Source: Candidatus Poribacteria bacterium
GTDB taxonomy: Bacteria > Poribacteria > WGA-4E > PCPOR2b
Direction of reading: 5' to 3'
DNA: 64,000 nucleotides
Assembly: GCA_965215015.1 (NCBI GenBank)
Contig: OZ244042.1
Location: 1,376,001 to 1,440,000 of the forward strand
Notes under the pieces: model-generated
The model's database searches: none
Seen by the model: only the letters and a program-made list of their open reading frames with translations
What the model was told of the DNA's origin: nothing
Shown: piece by piece, positions 46,830-57,056 of the stretch
Layout: every line of letters begins with the position of its first letter
How positions within the stretch are numbered: position 1 is the stretch's first letter
Translations under genes and position numbers: made by a program

Positions 46830-46958
46830 GGACGAGAAAGGAAATTTGGAACTGAGTGAAGAACTCTTAAACGTGTGGATTTAATCGGGGACAAAAGTCC
46901 ACCCATTCTCCTTTACAGAACTGTCGAGAATGGAATGAACACGAAAAGAGGGATTATC

Positions 46959-48272
46959 TTGAAACTCAGTGAAGGATTTTTAGTCGGATTCACAGCCATC
47001 CGCACGAATAAAATGCGGTCCCTTTTGACGATGCTTGGAATTGTCATCGGTGTGGCCTCAGTGCTTGCGATGATTGCCATCGGTGATGGTGCGAAACTGA
47101 TGGTGCTTGAAGACCTTGAGAAGCTGGGCGGTGCAAACCACTTTCGTCTGTATCGAAATGATTGGATTGAAAAAGATGGACGTTGGTTCCGTAACCGTAG
47201 CGGCGAATATTTTAAATATGAAGATGTGCTAGCAATTGAAGCGGAATGTCCTTCCGTTGATGGAGCTTGGCCACGCATCAACTACTATAACATTCTCGTG
47301 TTAGCCGAGGACGGTTCGGAAACACGAACGGGGGTGATAGGCGTTACTCCCTACTATGAAATCGGAATGAATTGGGGTGTCGGACAGGGACGTTTTATCT
47401 CAGAGGAAGATATCGTCAATAGAACCAAAGTCTGTGTGCTCGGGAGCAATGAAGCCATCAACTTGTTCGGTGATCAGCAACCGGTTGGTGACGCGATTGG
47501 CAGGGAGGTTAAAATTGTCCTCGATTCTAGTGGCGAGTTTGGAGGATGGAGACGGAATAGAGTTGTCGAACGATTCACAATTGTAGGCGTGATGACGCAA
47601 CGCGGACAGACCCTCGCTTTTGGGGGCGGTTCATGGAGTCTTGATAATCGTTTGCTAATACCCCTGACAACGATGCAGGAACGATTTGTGGGAACAGATC
47701 ACATACGGACAATGTCGGTTCAGGCAAAAACTGTTGACTTGGTTGAAAAAGCCATGGAGGAAGTCAAAACAGTGATACGCCGACGGCACCGGAACCGAGA
47801 CGATTTCTTTGAAATCTGGGAGATGCACCGAAGTATGGAGGAATTGGATAAGGCAAGCTCGATTATTAAAATCATGCTCGGTAGCATCGCCGGATTTTCG
47901 TTGCTTGTCGGTGGGATTGGCATCATGAATATGATGTTAGTCTCTGTAACCGAGCGCACCCGAGAAATTGGCTTGCGAAAAGCAGTTGGCGCGAAAGGTA
48001 GGGATATTTTGTTACAGTTCCTAGTCGAAGCAGTTTTTATGTGTGGTGTCGGTGGATTGCTCGGCGTCGGATTAGGTATCTTTGCCGGACAGGGTATGGC
48101 GAATATCGCTGTAAAGGTTGTTAAAATTGTCCCAGAATGGCCCGCCGTGCTATCTACACAATGGATGGTTATTTCGGTTGCCTTTTCAGCACTTATTGGT
48201 ATTGTCTTCGGTGTCTATCCCGCGGTCAAAGCCGCACAACTTTCGCCCATTGAAGCATTGCGGACCGAATAG
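46959..48272 (+). CDS. MacB/FtsX-type ABC permease 2
   Basis: Same motifs; TTG start (MKLSEGF) chosen by alignment with paralogs. Confidence 0.9.
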   Translation: MKLSEGFLVGFTAIRTNKMRSLLTMLGIVIGVASVLAMIAIGDGAKLMVLEDLEKLGGANHFRLYRNDWIEKDGRWFRNRSGEYFKYEDVLAIEAECPSVDGAWPRINYYNILVLAEDGSETRTGVIGVTPYYEIGMNWGVGQGRFISEEDIVNRTKVCVLGSNEAINLFGDQQPVGDAIGREVKIVLDSSGEFGGWRRNRVVERFTIVGVMTQRGQTLAFGGGSWSLDNRLLIPLTTMQERFVGTDHIRTMSVQAKTVDLVEKAMEEVKTVIRRRHRNRDDFFEIWEMHRSMEELDKASSIIKIMLGSIAGFSLLVGGIGIMNMMLVSVTERTREIGLRKAVGAKGRDILLQFLVEAVFMCGVGGLLGVGLGIFAGQGMANIAVKVVKIVPEWPAVLSTQWMVISVAFSALIGIVFGVYPAVKAAQLSPIEALRTE

Positions 48273-48401
48273 AGACGACAAAAGGAAATTTGGAACTGAG
48301 TGAAGAACTCTTAAACGTGTGGATTTAATTGGAAATAGAAATCCGCCATCCTCACTTATAGAAGCGTTGAGAATGGCATTAACACGAAAGGAGAGAGGAC
48401 A

Positions 48402-49697
48402 TTGAAACTCAGTGAAGGATTTTCAGTCGGGTTCAGAGCAATTGGCATAAACAAGATGCGGTCCCTCTTGACAATGTTAGGAATCATCGTTGGTGTCTCG
48501 TCCGTACTTGCGATGATTGCTATCGGCGATGGAGCAAAGACTATTGTACTCCAAGATGCGGATAAGCTGGGGGGTGCCAGTCAATTTAGTATGTGGCGCG
48601 GTGGTTGGATTAAAAAAAATGGTCAGTGGGTCCGCAATCGTAGCAGCGAGTTTCTAAAGTACGATGATGTCATCGCAATTGAAGCGGAATGTCCTTCCGT
48701 TCAATTGGTAATACCGCGTATTCCGCGCTGGAGTGGAGTGCTCGTTCAAGCCGCGGACGGTGCTGAAAGTCGCACCGGGTATAACGGCGTTGATCCGCAC
48801 TTTCCAATCGGGATGGATTGGGGGGTGGAGCGGGGACGTTTCTTTACAGAAACTGAATTCAACGATCGGCAAAAAGTCTGTGTTATTGGATCCGAACTGG
48901 CGATTGAACTGTTTGGCGATGAGGAGCCCATCGGCAAAGAGATTAAGGTCGCACGTAGTGCTGATTGGGAAATCAAGTGGGAAGAGCGAGAAAGAGTGAT
49001 GGTACGATTCACGGTTGTAGGCGTGATGAAGACGCGCGGAAGAAGTCTTCGTTTTGGCTGGAACCTTGATAACATTCTGTTTGTACCGTTGACAACTGCA
49101 CAAGAGAGATTTACGGGAAATGATCACGTCACGATGCTGACTGTCAAGGCAAAACATATAGATTTGATTGGCAAAGCTCAAGAAGAGGTCAAAGCGGTCA
49201 TGAGAAGACAGCATCGCAACCAAGACGATTTTTTCCACATATGGGTTTTGAATGAGAGCATGGAGCAACTGCATAAAATTAGCTGGGTTATCAAAATTAC
49301 GCTGGGTAGTATTGCGGGATTCTCGTTACTTGTCGGCGGGATCGGTATCATGAATATGATGTTGGTTTCCGTTACAGAACGTACACGAGAAATCGGATTA
49401 CGGAAAGCGATTGGTGCCAAACGGCGGGACATTCTCTTTCAGTTCCTAGTCGAAGCCGTGGTGATGTGTAGTGTCGGTGGATTGCTTGGAATTGGATTGG
49501 GTATTGGTGCCGGTTATGGCATGGCGAATATTGCAGTAAAAATTGTTAAGGTCGTCCCGGAGTGGCCCGCTGTCATTTCCACGCAATGGATAATTATCTC
49601 TGTTGCCTTTTCAGCACTTATTGGTATCATCTTCGGCGTCTATCCCGCAGTTAAGGCTGCCCGACTTTCACCTATTGAAGCATTGCGGACAGAATAG
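48402..49697 (+). CDS. MacB/FtsX-type ABC permease 3
   Basis: Same motifs; TTG start with GAGGA RBS. Confidence 0.92.
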   Translation: MKLSEGFSVGFRAIGINKMRSLLTMLGIIVGVSSVLAMIAIGDGAKTIVLQDADKLGGASQFSMWRGGWIKKNGQWVRNRSSEFLKYDDVIAIEAECPSVQLVIPRIPRWSGVLVQAADGAESRTGYNGVDPHFPIGMDWGVERGRFFTETEFNDRQKVCVIGSELAIELFGDEEPIGKEIKVARSADWEIKWEERERVMVRFTVVGVMKTRGRSLRFGWNLDNILFVPLTTAQERFTGNDHVTMLTVKAKHIDLIGKAQEEVKAVMRRQHRNQDDFFHIWVLNESMEQLHKISWVIKITLGSIAGFSLLVGGIGIMNMMLVSVTERTREIGLRKAIGAKRRDILFQFLVEAVVMCSVGGLLGIGLGIGAGYGMANIAVKIVKVVPEWPAVISTQWIIISVAFSALIGIIFGVYPAVKAARLSPIEALRTE

Positions 49698-49752
49698 AAG
49701 CATTAGTAAATCGGCATTACCATCGAGCAAATTGACCAAAGGAGAACATCAC

Positions 49753-51468
49753 ATGAATCCCATTGAATGTATAATGATTGGACTTGCCAGCTTACGTCGT
49801 CATCCACTTCGTTCTGGATTGACTATCTTGGGCATTGCCATCGGTGTCGGTGCGGTGGTGAGCATGGTTTCAGTCGGGGACGGTTCACGTGCACTAGTCT
49901 TGGGCGAAATTGAACGCACCGGTGGCTTGAACATGATAGAGGTATATAAAGACGAGTGGGATCGGCAATCAGGAACACTTAGCAGAAGGGCGGGACGCAC
50001 CCTGAGACGCTGGCGTAAAAACCGTGCAGAAAACTTGGAAACCCAAGACATATACGAGATAATGGAAAAAGCGAGGGGCGTTGTTCATGTAGTCGGTGAA
50101 GATGACTCGCCCGGCTGGAATGTATATCATGAAGGAATCAGTAGGAACTCTAGGGTGATTGCAGGAACAGCAGGTTATGACCGGTCCCACAATTGGTATC
50201 CAATCATGGGACGCTTCTTCACTGAAGAGGAGGTTGAAAGAGCGAGCACAGTCACTGTTATCGGCTATAAACTCTACGACGAAGTCTTCAAAGGTCAAGA
50301 CCCAATTGGCAAGGAGGTGAAGGCGACACGGACAACGAGTTGGGGCCCTCGATATGACGTGCGTTTGACAGTGATCGGTGTGTTGGAAGAAAAAGGCGAT
50401 GCAATGGACACCGAAGGTTGGGATGAACGCTTTGTCATCCCCCTCACAACATTTCAGCAGCGGTTTACCGGACGGAAGATGGTCGAGCGTATCCGCGTGG
50501 AGGCGGCAAGCCTCAATGACGTCGAAATCGCGAAAGAAGAAACGAAACGAATCTTGGGAAGGCTGCACAATAACTCTGGAGAGGAATATCAATACTGGAC
50601 AGCACAGGAGGAACTAGCAACCGCTGAAAAAATCGGGAATACGATGAAATACCTGATGGGTGGGATCGCGCTTATTGCACTCTTTGTAGCAGGAATCGGT
50701 ATCATGAATATCATGCTGGTCTCGGTCACAGAACGAACAAAGGAGATCGGTTTACGCAAGGCACTTGGGGCAAAACGGCGCGACATTTTGACGCAGTTTC
50801 TGATCGAGGCGTTGGTCTTGAGCATAACCGGCGGTATCTTCGGTGCAATCCTCGGTATTTTTCTCGGAAAAGGTAGTGCCATGTTGATTGCCAAATTTGT
50901 GTGGGAGGGTAGCAATTGGCCCTCGGTCATTTCCTATTCCACTATGCTCATCGCCATGGGTGTCTCTGTGAGCATTGGGGTTATCTTTGGGTTGTATCCG
51001 GCCTATAGAGCAGCAATCCTAATGCCGATAGAGGCGTTGAGGGAGGTGCAGGGAGAGGAAACCCTCAAGATTGACGGACAAGAATTTAAGCTTGCGCCGC
51101 TTGCCGGAAGATTTTGGGGACAGTTATTGGACAGCTTGGTTTACGCTGCCATCGTCGCTATTCCTTTCGGTGTATGGACGCGTATCGGATTAGAGGGTCC
51201 CAATATCGTGCTTGGGGTGGCTGCCTCTATTGCGTTACTCTATCTACTTTTTCAAGATGCGCTAAATGGACGAAGCATCGGCAAAAGACTTATGAAAACA
51301 AGGGTCATTGATTCAAAGAGTGGGTTGCCTTGCAAATTGTGGCAATCTTTTATTCGTAACCTATCACTGCCGATACTTAGCCTGATTGATTGTATCTTCA
51401 TCTTAGGAGAGAAAAAGCAACGACTAGGCGACAAACTTTCAAAGACACTCGTGGTTAAGGTTACATAA
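49753..51468 (+). CDS. MacB-type ABC permease 4 fused to a C-terminal RDD domain
   Basis: Permease ends PIEALR, then LAPLAGRFWGQLLD..GRSIGKRLM..IRN..QRLGDKLSKT (RDD pattern). Confidence 0.85.
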   Translation: MNPIECIMIGLASLRRHPLRSGLTILGIAIGVGAVVSMVSVGDGSRALVLGEIERTGGLNMIEVYKDEWDRQSGTLSRRAGRTLRRWRKNRAENLETQDIYEIMEKARGVVHVVGEDDSPGWNVYHEGISRNSRVIAGTAGYDRSHNWYPIMGRFFTEEEVERASTVTVIGYKLYDEVFKGQDPIGKEVKATRTTSWGPRYDVRLTVIGVLEEKGDAMDTEGWDERFVIPLTTFQQRFTGRKMVERIRVEAASLNDVEIAKEETKRILGRLHNNSGEEYQYWTAQEELATAEKIGNTMKYLMGGIALIALFVAGIGIMNIMLVSVTERTKEIGLRKALGAKRRDILTQFLIEALVLSITGGIFGAILGIFLGKGSAMLIAKFVWEGSNWPSVISYSTMLIAMGVSVSIGVIFGLYPAYRAAILMPIEALREVQGEETLKIDGQEFKLAPLAGRFWGQLLDSLVYAAIVAIPFGVWTRIGLEGPNIVLGVAASIALLYLLFQDALNGRSIGKRLMKTRVIDSKSGLPCKLWQSFIRNLSLPILSLIDCIFILGEKKQRLGDKLSKTLVVKVT

Positions 51469-51513
51469 AACGTTAAACTAAGTAGCAATGATTAACAAAG
51501 GAGTAGTCAAACA

Positions 51514-53436
51514 GTGAAAAAGATAGTAGGAACTGTTGCGATTTTCATTTTAGCGGCAACCCTCATGTCATGTGGGTGGATTAGAGGGCGCGGGAATAAA
51601 GACGCCGCAGCTGAGAAGCGGGTTGAGGTTGTCAGAAGTGGAGATTTCCAGAAGTTAATTAGCGCGACAGGAAATCTCGAAGCCCTCATTGATGTGGAAG
51701 TCAAAGCAAACGTTGCAGGCGAAATTATTAAACTGTATGTGAATGATGGGGACTACGTTGAAAAGGACCAAATATTGTTGGAGATTGACCCGGAACAGTA
51801 CGTAGAAGAAAAGAAGCAAGCTGAAGCCGATGTCAACGCTGCTAGGGCACAGCTCATGCAGGCCCAACTCAACATTATATTGAAAACTGAAGAACTTGAG
51901 AGCGCATATCAACAAGCGGAAGATAATGTCAAAATTGCCGAATCGAATTTGAAGACAACCGTAGCGGCTTCACAAACACAGATTACTGCGGCTGAGACGG
52001 ACATCCAAACAACGAAAAACCAGTTAGCTCAAGATAACATTGCACTAGAACAGGCGAAGATTGAATTCAACCGGGTAAAAATCAGGCTCGCCGAGCTTGA
52101 GACAGAACTGGAGTCTGGGAAAGTGGAGCGGGATAATGCCGAATCTGAATTGAATCGGAATAAGGAACTGTTTGAGAAGAAACTTGTTTCTAAAAAATCA
52201 TTTGAGGAGGCGGAATCGAGGTATGCCAATGCAGACACACAATACAAGAATGCCGTTAAGAGATTGGAGGCGCAGCAACAAACTGTAAATTCTCAAGAGA
52301 AAACCATCGCTACCAGAGAGACTGCAATCGCAAACCGTAAACTAACCTTGCAATATCAGGAAATGAATTTGCAGGAGCTCGGTAAAATGAGAAAAGCGGA
52401 GGAAGAGGAGAAAAACCTTCAACTGCAAATCGTCAAAACTCGCCTTGCGGAGATTCTGGAAACCATCGACAATGAAAAAATCGTAACCGAGCAAGGCGCG
52501 GTGAGCGCGCAAGCGAATCTCCTGCGACGCCGGAGCAGCCTGAAGAATCAAGAGGAATTTTTGGAATGGACAACCATCAAGGCACCGATGGCTGGCACTG
52601 TGACCCTGCTCGAAATTGAAGAGGGGGAGATTGTAACCTCCGGGCGCTCGGCATTCTCGCAGAGCCCGCCGTTGATGACCATCGCAGACCTGTCAAAAAT
52701 GGTCGTGAAGACCTATATCAACGAAGTCGATATGGAACGGCTTAGGATGAATCAGAAAGCAGAAATCAAAGTTGACGCATATAAGGACACAACGTATGAA
52801 GGTCGCGTCGCCGAAATCTCGCCGAGTGGAGAGGAGCGGGATAATATCATCACTTTTGAGGTTATGGTCGAGGTGGTCGGCTCTCCCCCTGAGCTGCGCC
52901 CCGGTATGAGTGCCGATGTCGATGTCGTTACCTATGAAGAGAAAAACGTCTTGATGCTGCCTATTGATGCAGTCCAAGAGGAGAAAGCGGCAATCGCCAC
53001 AGCGAAAGTTGGTGCTGATGTAGATGCCTTCAAAACGGATCAAGAGGTCGAACTCAAGACTCTAACCGGAAAGAGCTTCATAGGAAAGGTAACCAGCATC
53101 AGCGGAGACCGATTGACAATCAGTCTTGACAGCTCACAGCGAGGCTTGCGTGATGGCGAACGTACCTTCACGCTCCTTGTAAACGGCAAGCAGAAGGCGG
53201 ACGGGGTTTCAACTGACATTAAAATCTCGAAAGATAAGTTTGTCATGCTTGATGCAAAAGGCGGCTCTGAAAAAGGGAACGATGTCTCAAAAGCGCAGAA
53301 GGGAAAGCGTGTTTCTATTGAGACAGGCGAGCAGAACGAAACTGATGTCATTATCAAGAGCGGATTGGTAGAAGGTGATCGGATAGTTTTACCTGAACGG
53401 AAGGGACCTGCAGGAGGTCCAGGTAGACCTTCGTAA
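51514..53436 (+). CDS. MacA/HlyD-family periplasmic adaptor with very long coiled coil, probable lipoprotein
   Basis: LMSC lipobox-like, ISATGNL, VNDGDYVEKDQILL, IKAPMAGTV, INEVD, LRPGMSA, SGLVEGDRIV. Confidence 0.9.
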   Translation: MKKIVGTVAIFILAATLMSCGWIRGRGNKDAAAEKRVEVVRSGDFQKLISATGNLEALIDVEVKANVAGEIIKLYVNDGDYVEKDQILLEIDPEQYVEEKKQAEADVNAARAQLMQAQLNIILKTEELESAYQQAEDNVKIAESNLKTTVAASQTQITAAETDIQTTKNQLAQDNIALEQAKIEFNRVKIRLAELETELESGKVERDNAESELNRNKELFEKKLVSKKSFEEAESRYANADTQYKNAVKRLEAQQQTVNSQEKTIATRETAIANRKLTLQYQEMNLQELGKMRKAEEEEKNLQLQIVKTRLAEILETIDNEKIVTEQGAVSAQANLLRRRSSLKNQEEFLEWTTIKAPMAGTVTLLEIEEGEIVTSGRSAFSQSPPLMTIADLSKMVVKTYINEVDMERLRMNQKAEIKVDAYKDTTYEGRVAEISPSGEERDNIITFEVMVEVVGSPPELRPGMSADVDVVTYEEKNVLMLPIDAVQEEKAAIATAKVGADVDAFKTDQEVELKTLTGKSFIGKVTSISGDRLTISLDSSQRGLRDGERTFTLLVNGKQKADGVSTDIKISKDKFVMLDAKGGSEKGNDVSKAQKGKRVSIETGEQNETDVIIKSGLVEGDRIVLPERKGPAGGPGRPS

Positions 53437-53454
53437 TCTATCAGTTCAAAATAC

Positions 53455-53485
53455 AAGCGTCTCGGGGAACCGAGGCGCTTTTTTT
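53455..53485 (+). terminator. Intrinsic terminator
   Basis: AAGCGTCTCGG-GGAA-CCGAGGCGCTT-TTTTT. Confidence 0.85.
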
Positions 53486-53593
53486 ATGCCTGTTGGCACC
53501 TTTCCACACAACCTATTTTTGCTTTACAGAGAGCCCCATCCGTGATAAAATACTGAAGGGGTGTATACGGATTGAAAAAACGGGCACGATAAT

Positions 53594-54220
53594 ATGAAAT
53601 TGCAACTCGCTTTGGACTCCAGCAATAGCCAGAAAGCCAAACGTATCCTTGAAAAAGTTAGTGATCTCGTGGATATTGTCGAGGTCGGTACACCCTTGCT
53701 GATGAAAGAGGGGGTAAAAGTTGTCACAGAGATCAAGAACGCCTACCCTCAGCTTGAAGTGCTCGCCGATCTCAAAATCATGGATGCAGGTGATATTGAG
53801 GCGAGAATTGGGTTTGAAGCGGGGGCTGATATTGTGACAATACTTGGAGTGGCGCATGATGTTACGATTCGCCGCGCTGTGAATCAAGCCCGTACCCTCA
53901 GTAAGAAGGTCATGATAGATCTGATAGCGGTTGCTGATGTTCGGGGCCGCATCGATCAGATTGATGCCATTGCCCCAGACTACTGCTGCGTCCATACAGC
54001 CTTTGACCTCCAAGACCACGGTATGCACCCCTTGCGCGAAATTCAGCTTGTTCAATCTGGTCTGAAGCGGGCTCAGATGGCGGTGGCGGGCGGGATAAAT
54101 CCGGAGATCTTGCCAAATATTCTCGCTTATAGTCCGGCAGTCATCATTGTGGGCGGTTTCATCACCAACCATCCGGAACCGCGTCAGGCGGCTCTCAAAA
54201 TCAGAGAATTACTGGCTTAA
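53594..54220 (+). CDS. hxlA: 3-hexulose-6-phosphate synthase
   Basis: MKLQLALD, VEVGTPL, ADLKIMDAG, VAGGI; adjacent to the phi gene. Confidence 0.92.
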   Translation: MKLQLALDSSNSQKAKRILEKVSDLVDIVEVGTPLLMKEGVKVVTEIKNAYPQLEVLADLKIMDAGDIEARIGFEAGADIVTILGVAHDVTIRRAVNQARTLSKKVMIDLIAVADVRGRIDQIDAIAPDYCCVHTAFDLQDHGMHPLREIQLVQSGLKRAQMAVAGGINPEILPNILAYSPAVIIVGGFITNHPEPRQAALKIRELLA

Positions 54221-54233
54221 AGAAGGGAAATCG

Positions 54234-54794
54234 GTGAATATACAGGCATATATCAGCCAGATACTTGACGAGCTAGGCGAGACCGTGGGGCATGTCTGCA
54301 ACGATTCGGCGGAAAAATTGGCTGATGCGATCATAGATGCCCAAACGATCTTTGTCGCCGGTGCTGGCAGATCCGGTTTAGCGATGAAGAGTTTTGCCAT
54401 GCGTTTAATGCACCTAGGCTTTGATACTTATGTCGTAGGAGAAGCTGTGACCCCTAGCATCACAGAAAAAGATTTGCTGCTAATCGGTTCTGGTTCGGGG
54501 TCAACCAGTAGCTTGGTGACCAATGCCAACAAAGCGCATGCGATCGGTGCAACTATCTGCCTCGTCACGATCGATGAAAACTCACCTATTGGCAAACTGG
54601 CAGAGGCAATTCTCACTATCCCCGCCCCTTCACCAAAAGTCACCAGAAATCTTGGTTTCCATTCAGTGCAGCCAATGGGATCTCTGTTTGAACAAAGCCT
54701 GCTGCTAATCTTGGATGCAATCGTCCTACTGCTGATGAAGCAAACTGGGAAAACCCCGGAGTTGATGTTTACGAGACACGCCAACTTAGAATAA
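54234..54794 (+). CDS. hxlB: 6-phospho-3-hexuloisomerase
   Basis: GAGRSG..FAMRLMHLG, SGSGST, QPMGSLFEQ, RHANLE. Confidence 0.93.
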   Translation: MNIQAYISQILDELGETVGHVCNDSAEKLADAIIDAQTIFVAGAGRSGLAMKSFAMRLMHLGFDTYVVGEAVTPSITEKDLLLIGSGSGSTSSLVTNANKAHAIGATICLVTIDENSPIGKLAEAILTIPAPSPKVTRNLGFHSVQPMGSLFEQSLLLILDAIVLLLMKQTGKTPELMFTRHANLE

Positions 54795-54808
54795 AAGTAA
54801 GGACACAC

Positions 54809-55741
54809 TTGCCCATCATTATTGACGCACATTCCCACATCTTCCCGGAAGTCCGCGGCGCAACGGGTACAGGTTCTACCCGTGGACTGGGTTATGGCCG
54901 CATTGCCATTGGCGATGAAGAAACCCAACTGTTGCCACCGTATAATGAAACAACCGTATTTACGCCTAAAATGCTTCTGGCAAATATGGATTGGGCAAGT
55001 GTTGACAAAGCCGTGCTGCTCCAAGGGCCGTTTTATGGGGAGTGCAATGCATATGTCCTTGAGGCACTGAACCGCTATCCGGATCGTCTAGTCGGCGCAG
55101 CATATTTCGATCCATGGGGGGCGAACAATCGCCAAGAATTTGAGATCCTCACAGCGTCTCCGGGGTTTCAGGTGGTCAAACTAGAATGCTCTGAAGCGAC
55201 CGGGTTGTGTGGCTTACACCCCGATGCCAAACTTGATATCCCTGAAATCGCTTGGCTCTGGGATGCGCTTGAACGGCATGGATTGGTACTGACCCTCGAT
55301 TTAGGAGCAATAGGCAGCTGTTCTTATCAAACCGGTGCCGTGCACACCATTGCGGACGAACATCCGAATCTGCGAATCGTTATCGCCCATCTGGGACAGC
55401 CAAATCCGTCGGTGGAAGCGGATGTGGAACGTTGGGACTTATGGTTAGAGCAGATTGACCTCGGACAGCTGCCCAACGTGTGGTTTGATACCGCTGCTTT
55501 GCCAGCCTACTTGCCAGATGAGGACTTTCCTTATCCAACCGCGGAGCGGTATCTCCACCTTGCAATTGAACGGATTGGGGCATCGAAAATCTTATGGGGC
55601 ACGGACTTACCGGGATTACTACGCCATCTAAACTATCCACAACTGGTGAAGTTAGCAAAACTGCACACACAGTCGCTTTCCCCCAATGAACAAGCGATGA
55701 TCCTCGGTAAAAATGCGATGCGCGTCTACGGGGTTGATTAA
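54809..55741 (+). CDS. Amidohydrolase_2 family protein
   Basis: IIDAHSH, IAHLG, NVWFD, LWGTDLP, ILGKNAMRVY. Confidence 0.88.
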   Translation: MPIIIDAHSHIFPEVRGATGTGSTRGLGYGRIAIGDEETQLLPPYNETTVFTPKMLLANMDWASVDKAVLLQGPFYGECNAYVLEALNRYPDRLVGAAYFDPWGANNRQEFEILTASPGFQVVKLECSEATGLCGLHPDAKLDIPEIAWLWDALERHGLVLTLDLGAIGSCSYQTGAVHTIADEHPNLRIVIAHLGQPNPSVEADVERWDLWLEQIDLGQLPNVWFDTAALPAYLPDEDFPYPTAERYLHLAIERIGASKILWGTDLPGLLRHLNYPQLVKLAKLHTQSLSPNEQAMILGKNAMRVYGVD

Positions 55742-55782
55742 ATTGGTCAGTAGAGTAGGTTAGACAAGGGAGGACTAAAAAA

Positions 55783-56901
55783 ATGCATAGCGATGCAAGA
55801 ATTTTGGTCGTCGGGTTGGGTGCGATGGGGAGTGCTGCCCTATATCACCTCGCTCGTCAAGGTGCGGCACCGGTTGGCATAGATCAATATCCTGTCGGTC
55901 ATACGCACGGCAGTTCTCATGGCCACTCAAGGGCGTTCCGGGGCTTCTATAATGACGCCGTGTACGTGACCTTGGTGAAAGCTGCCCTTCCGCTGTGGCA
56001 GGAATTAGAGCGGCTTTCTGGCGAACGATTGCTCACCCTCAACGGCATGTTAGCTTTTGCCAAACCGGGGAATGAGCGATTGGATCAAAATATCCGTGTC
56101 ATGCAGGAAACGAAAACATCACACGAGGTATTGACGGCTGAAGAGGTTGCCGCCCGATTTCCAATACTTCAACTCCCGGCGGACACCGTTGCCTGCTACA
56201 CGCCGGACTCAGGCTTCCTTAACGCAAGCCGTTGTGTTTGGACACATGTGTCCCAAGCTGAGCGTTTTGGGGCAACAGTTCACAGTGGGGTTAGCGTTCA
56301 CCATATTGACATTAGCAAAGAACATCCTGAAATTGAAACTTCAGCAGGGAGTTATCGCTGCAAACGACTTATCGTCGCTCCCGGACCGTGGGCTTCGCAG
56401 CTTCTCAAAGATCTCTCACTACCACTTGAGGTGACACGGCAGCAGAAGTTTTACTTCCAACCGCAAAATATGACACCGCTATATCAGCCAGACCGTTTGC
56501 CCGTCTACGCAGATTATGACTTACACTATTACGGCTTTCCCTACTACGGTCCCGGAATTAAGGTGGCGGATGACGGGCATGGACCTGTGACCTCGCCTGA
56601 AACGGTCAATCGGGGGCTAGACCTCGACGTACAGAATGCGTTGGAGCAATGGCTCGAAGCAATTATGCCCGGAGTTAACCCTTCCTTCGTCGAAGGTGCG
56701 ACCTGTATGTATACGCTTACGCCTGATCACGACTTTCTTATTGGGCATCATCCGTTGAATTCAAACATCTTTGTCGGGGCAGGATTCTCAGGACACGGCT
56801 TTAAGTTTTCAACCATCGTCGGCAAGATTCTCGCTGAACTCGCTGTTGATGGCAAAACGGATTATCCAATCAACAAATTCCGACTGAATCGATTCGGATA
56901 G
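55783..56901 (+). CDS. solA: N-methyl-L-tryptophan oxidase / monomeric sarcosine oxidase family
   Basis: VGLGAMGS, GSSHGHSR, CMYTLTPD (flavinylation Cys), GFSGHGFKF. Confidence 0.85.
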   Translation: MHSDARILVVGLGAMGSAALYHLARQGAAPVGIDQYPVGHTHGSSHGHSRAFRGFYNDAVYVTLVKAALPLWQELERLSGERLLTLNGMLAFAKPGNERLDQNIRVMQETKTSHEVLTAEEVAARFPILQLPADTVACYTPDSGFLNASRCVWTHVSQAERFGATVHSGVSVHHIDISKEHPEIETSAGSYRCKRLIVAPGPWASQLLKDLSLPLEVTRQQKFYFQPQNMTPLYQPDRLPVYADYDLHYYGFPYYGPGIKVADDGHGPVTSPETVNRGLDLDVQNALEQWLEAIMPGVNPSFVEGATCMYTLTPDHDFLIGHHPLNSNIFVGAGFSGHGFKFSTIVGKILAELAVDGKTDYPINKFRLNRFG

Positions 56902-56963
56902 ACGGACTAACCTTTGGAAGGGTGGTATCCGCCACCTGGATAGAGAAGGTAAGCATTTTGGCT

Positions 56964-57006
56964 TCGGAAAAACTCGGAGGCTGTTGCACGATTTCTTAAC
57001 ATGAGC
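56964..57006 (+). repeat. Right end of MITE family A
   Basis: TCGGAAAAACTCGGAGGCTGTTGCACGATTTCTTAACATGAGC. Confidence 0.65.
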
Positions 57007-57056
57007 GAACATTTTTTAGGAAAATCCTAACCAACAATCACTGATGAGGAAAACCA

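Noticed and set aside
45630-50592. Long antisense ORFs (45630..46400, 48654..49274, 49969..50592), and similar ones elsewhere (16343..17026, 6669..7394, 53513..54172)
   Set aside because: Shadows of well-supported genes on the opposite strand; no motifs
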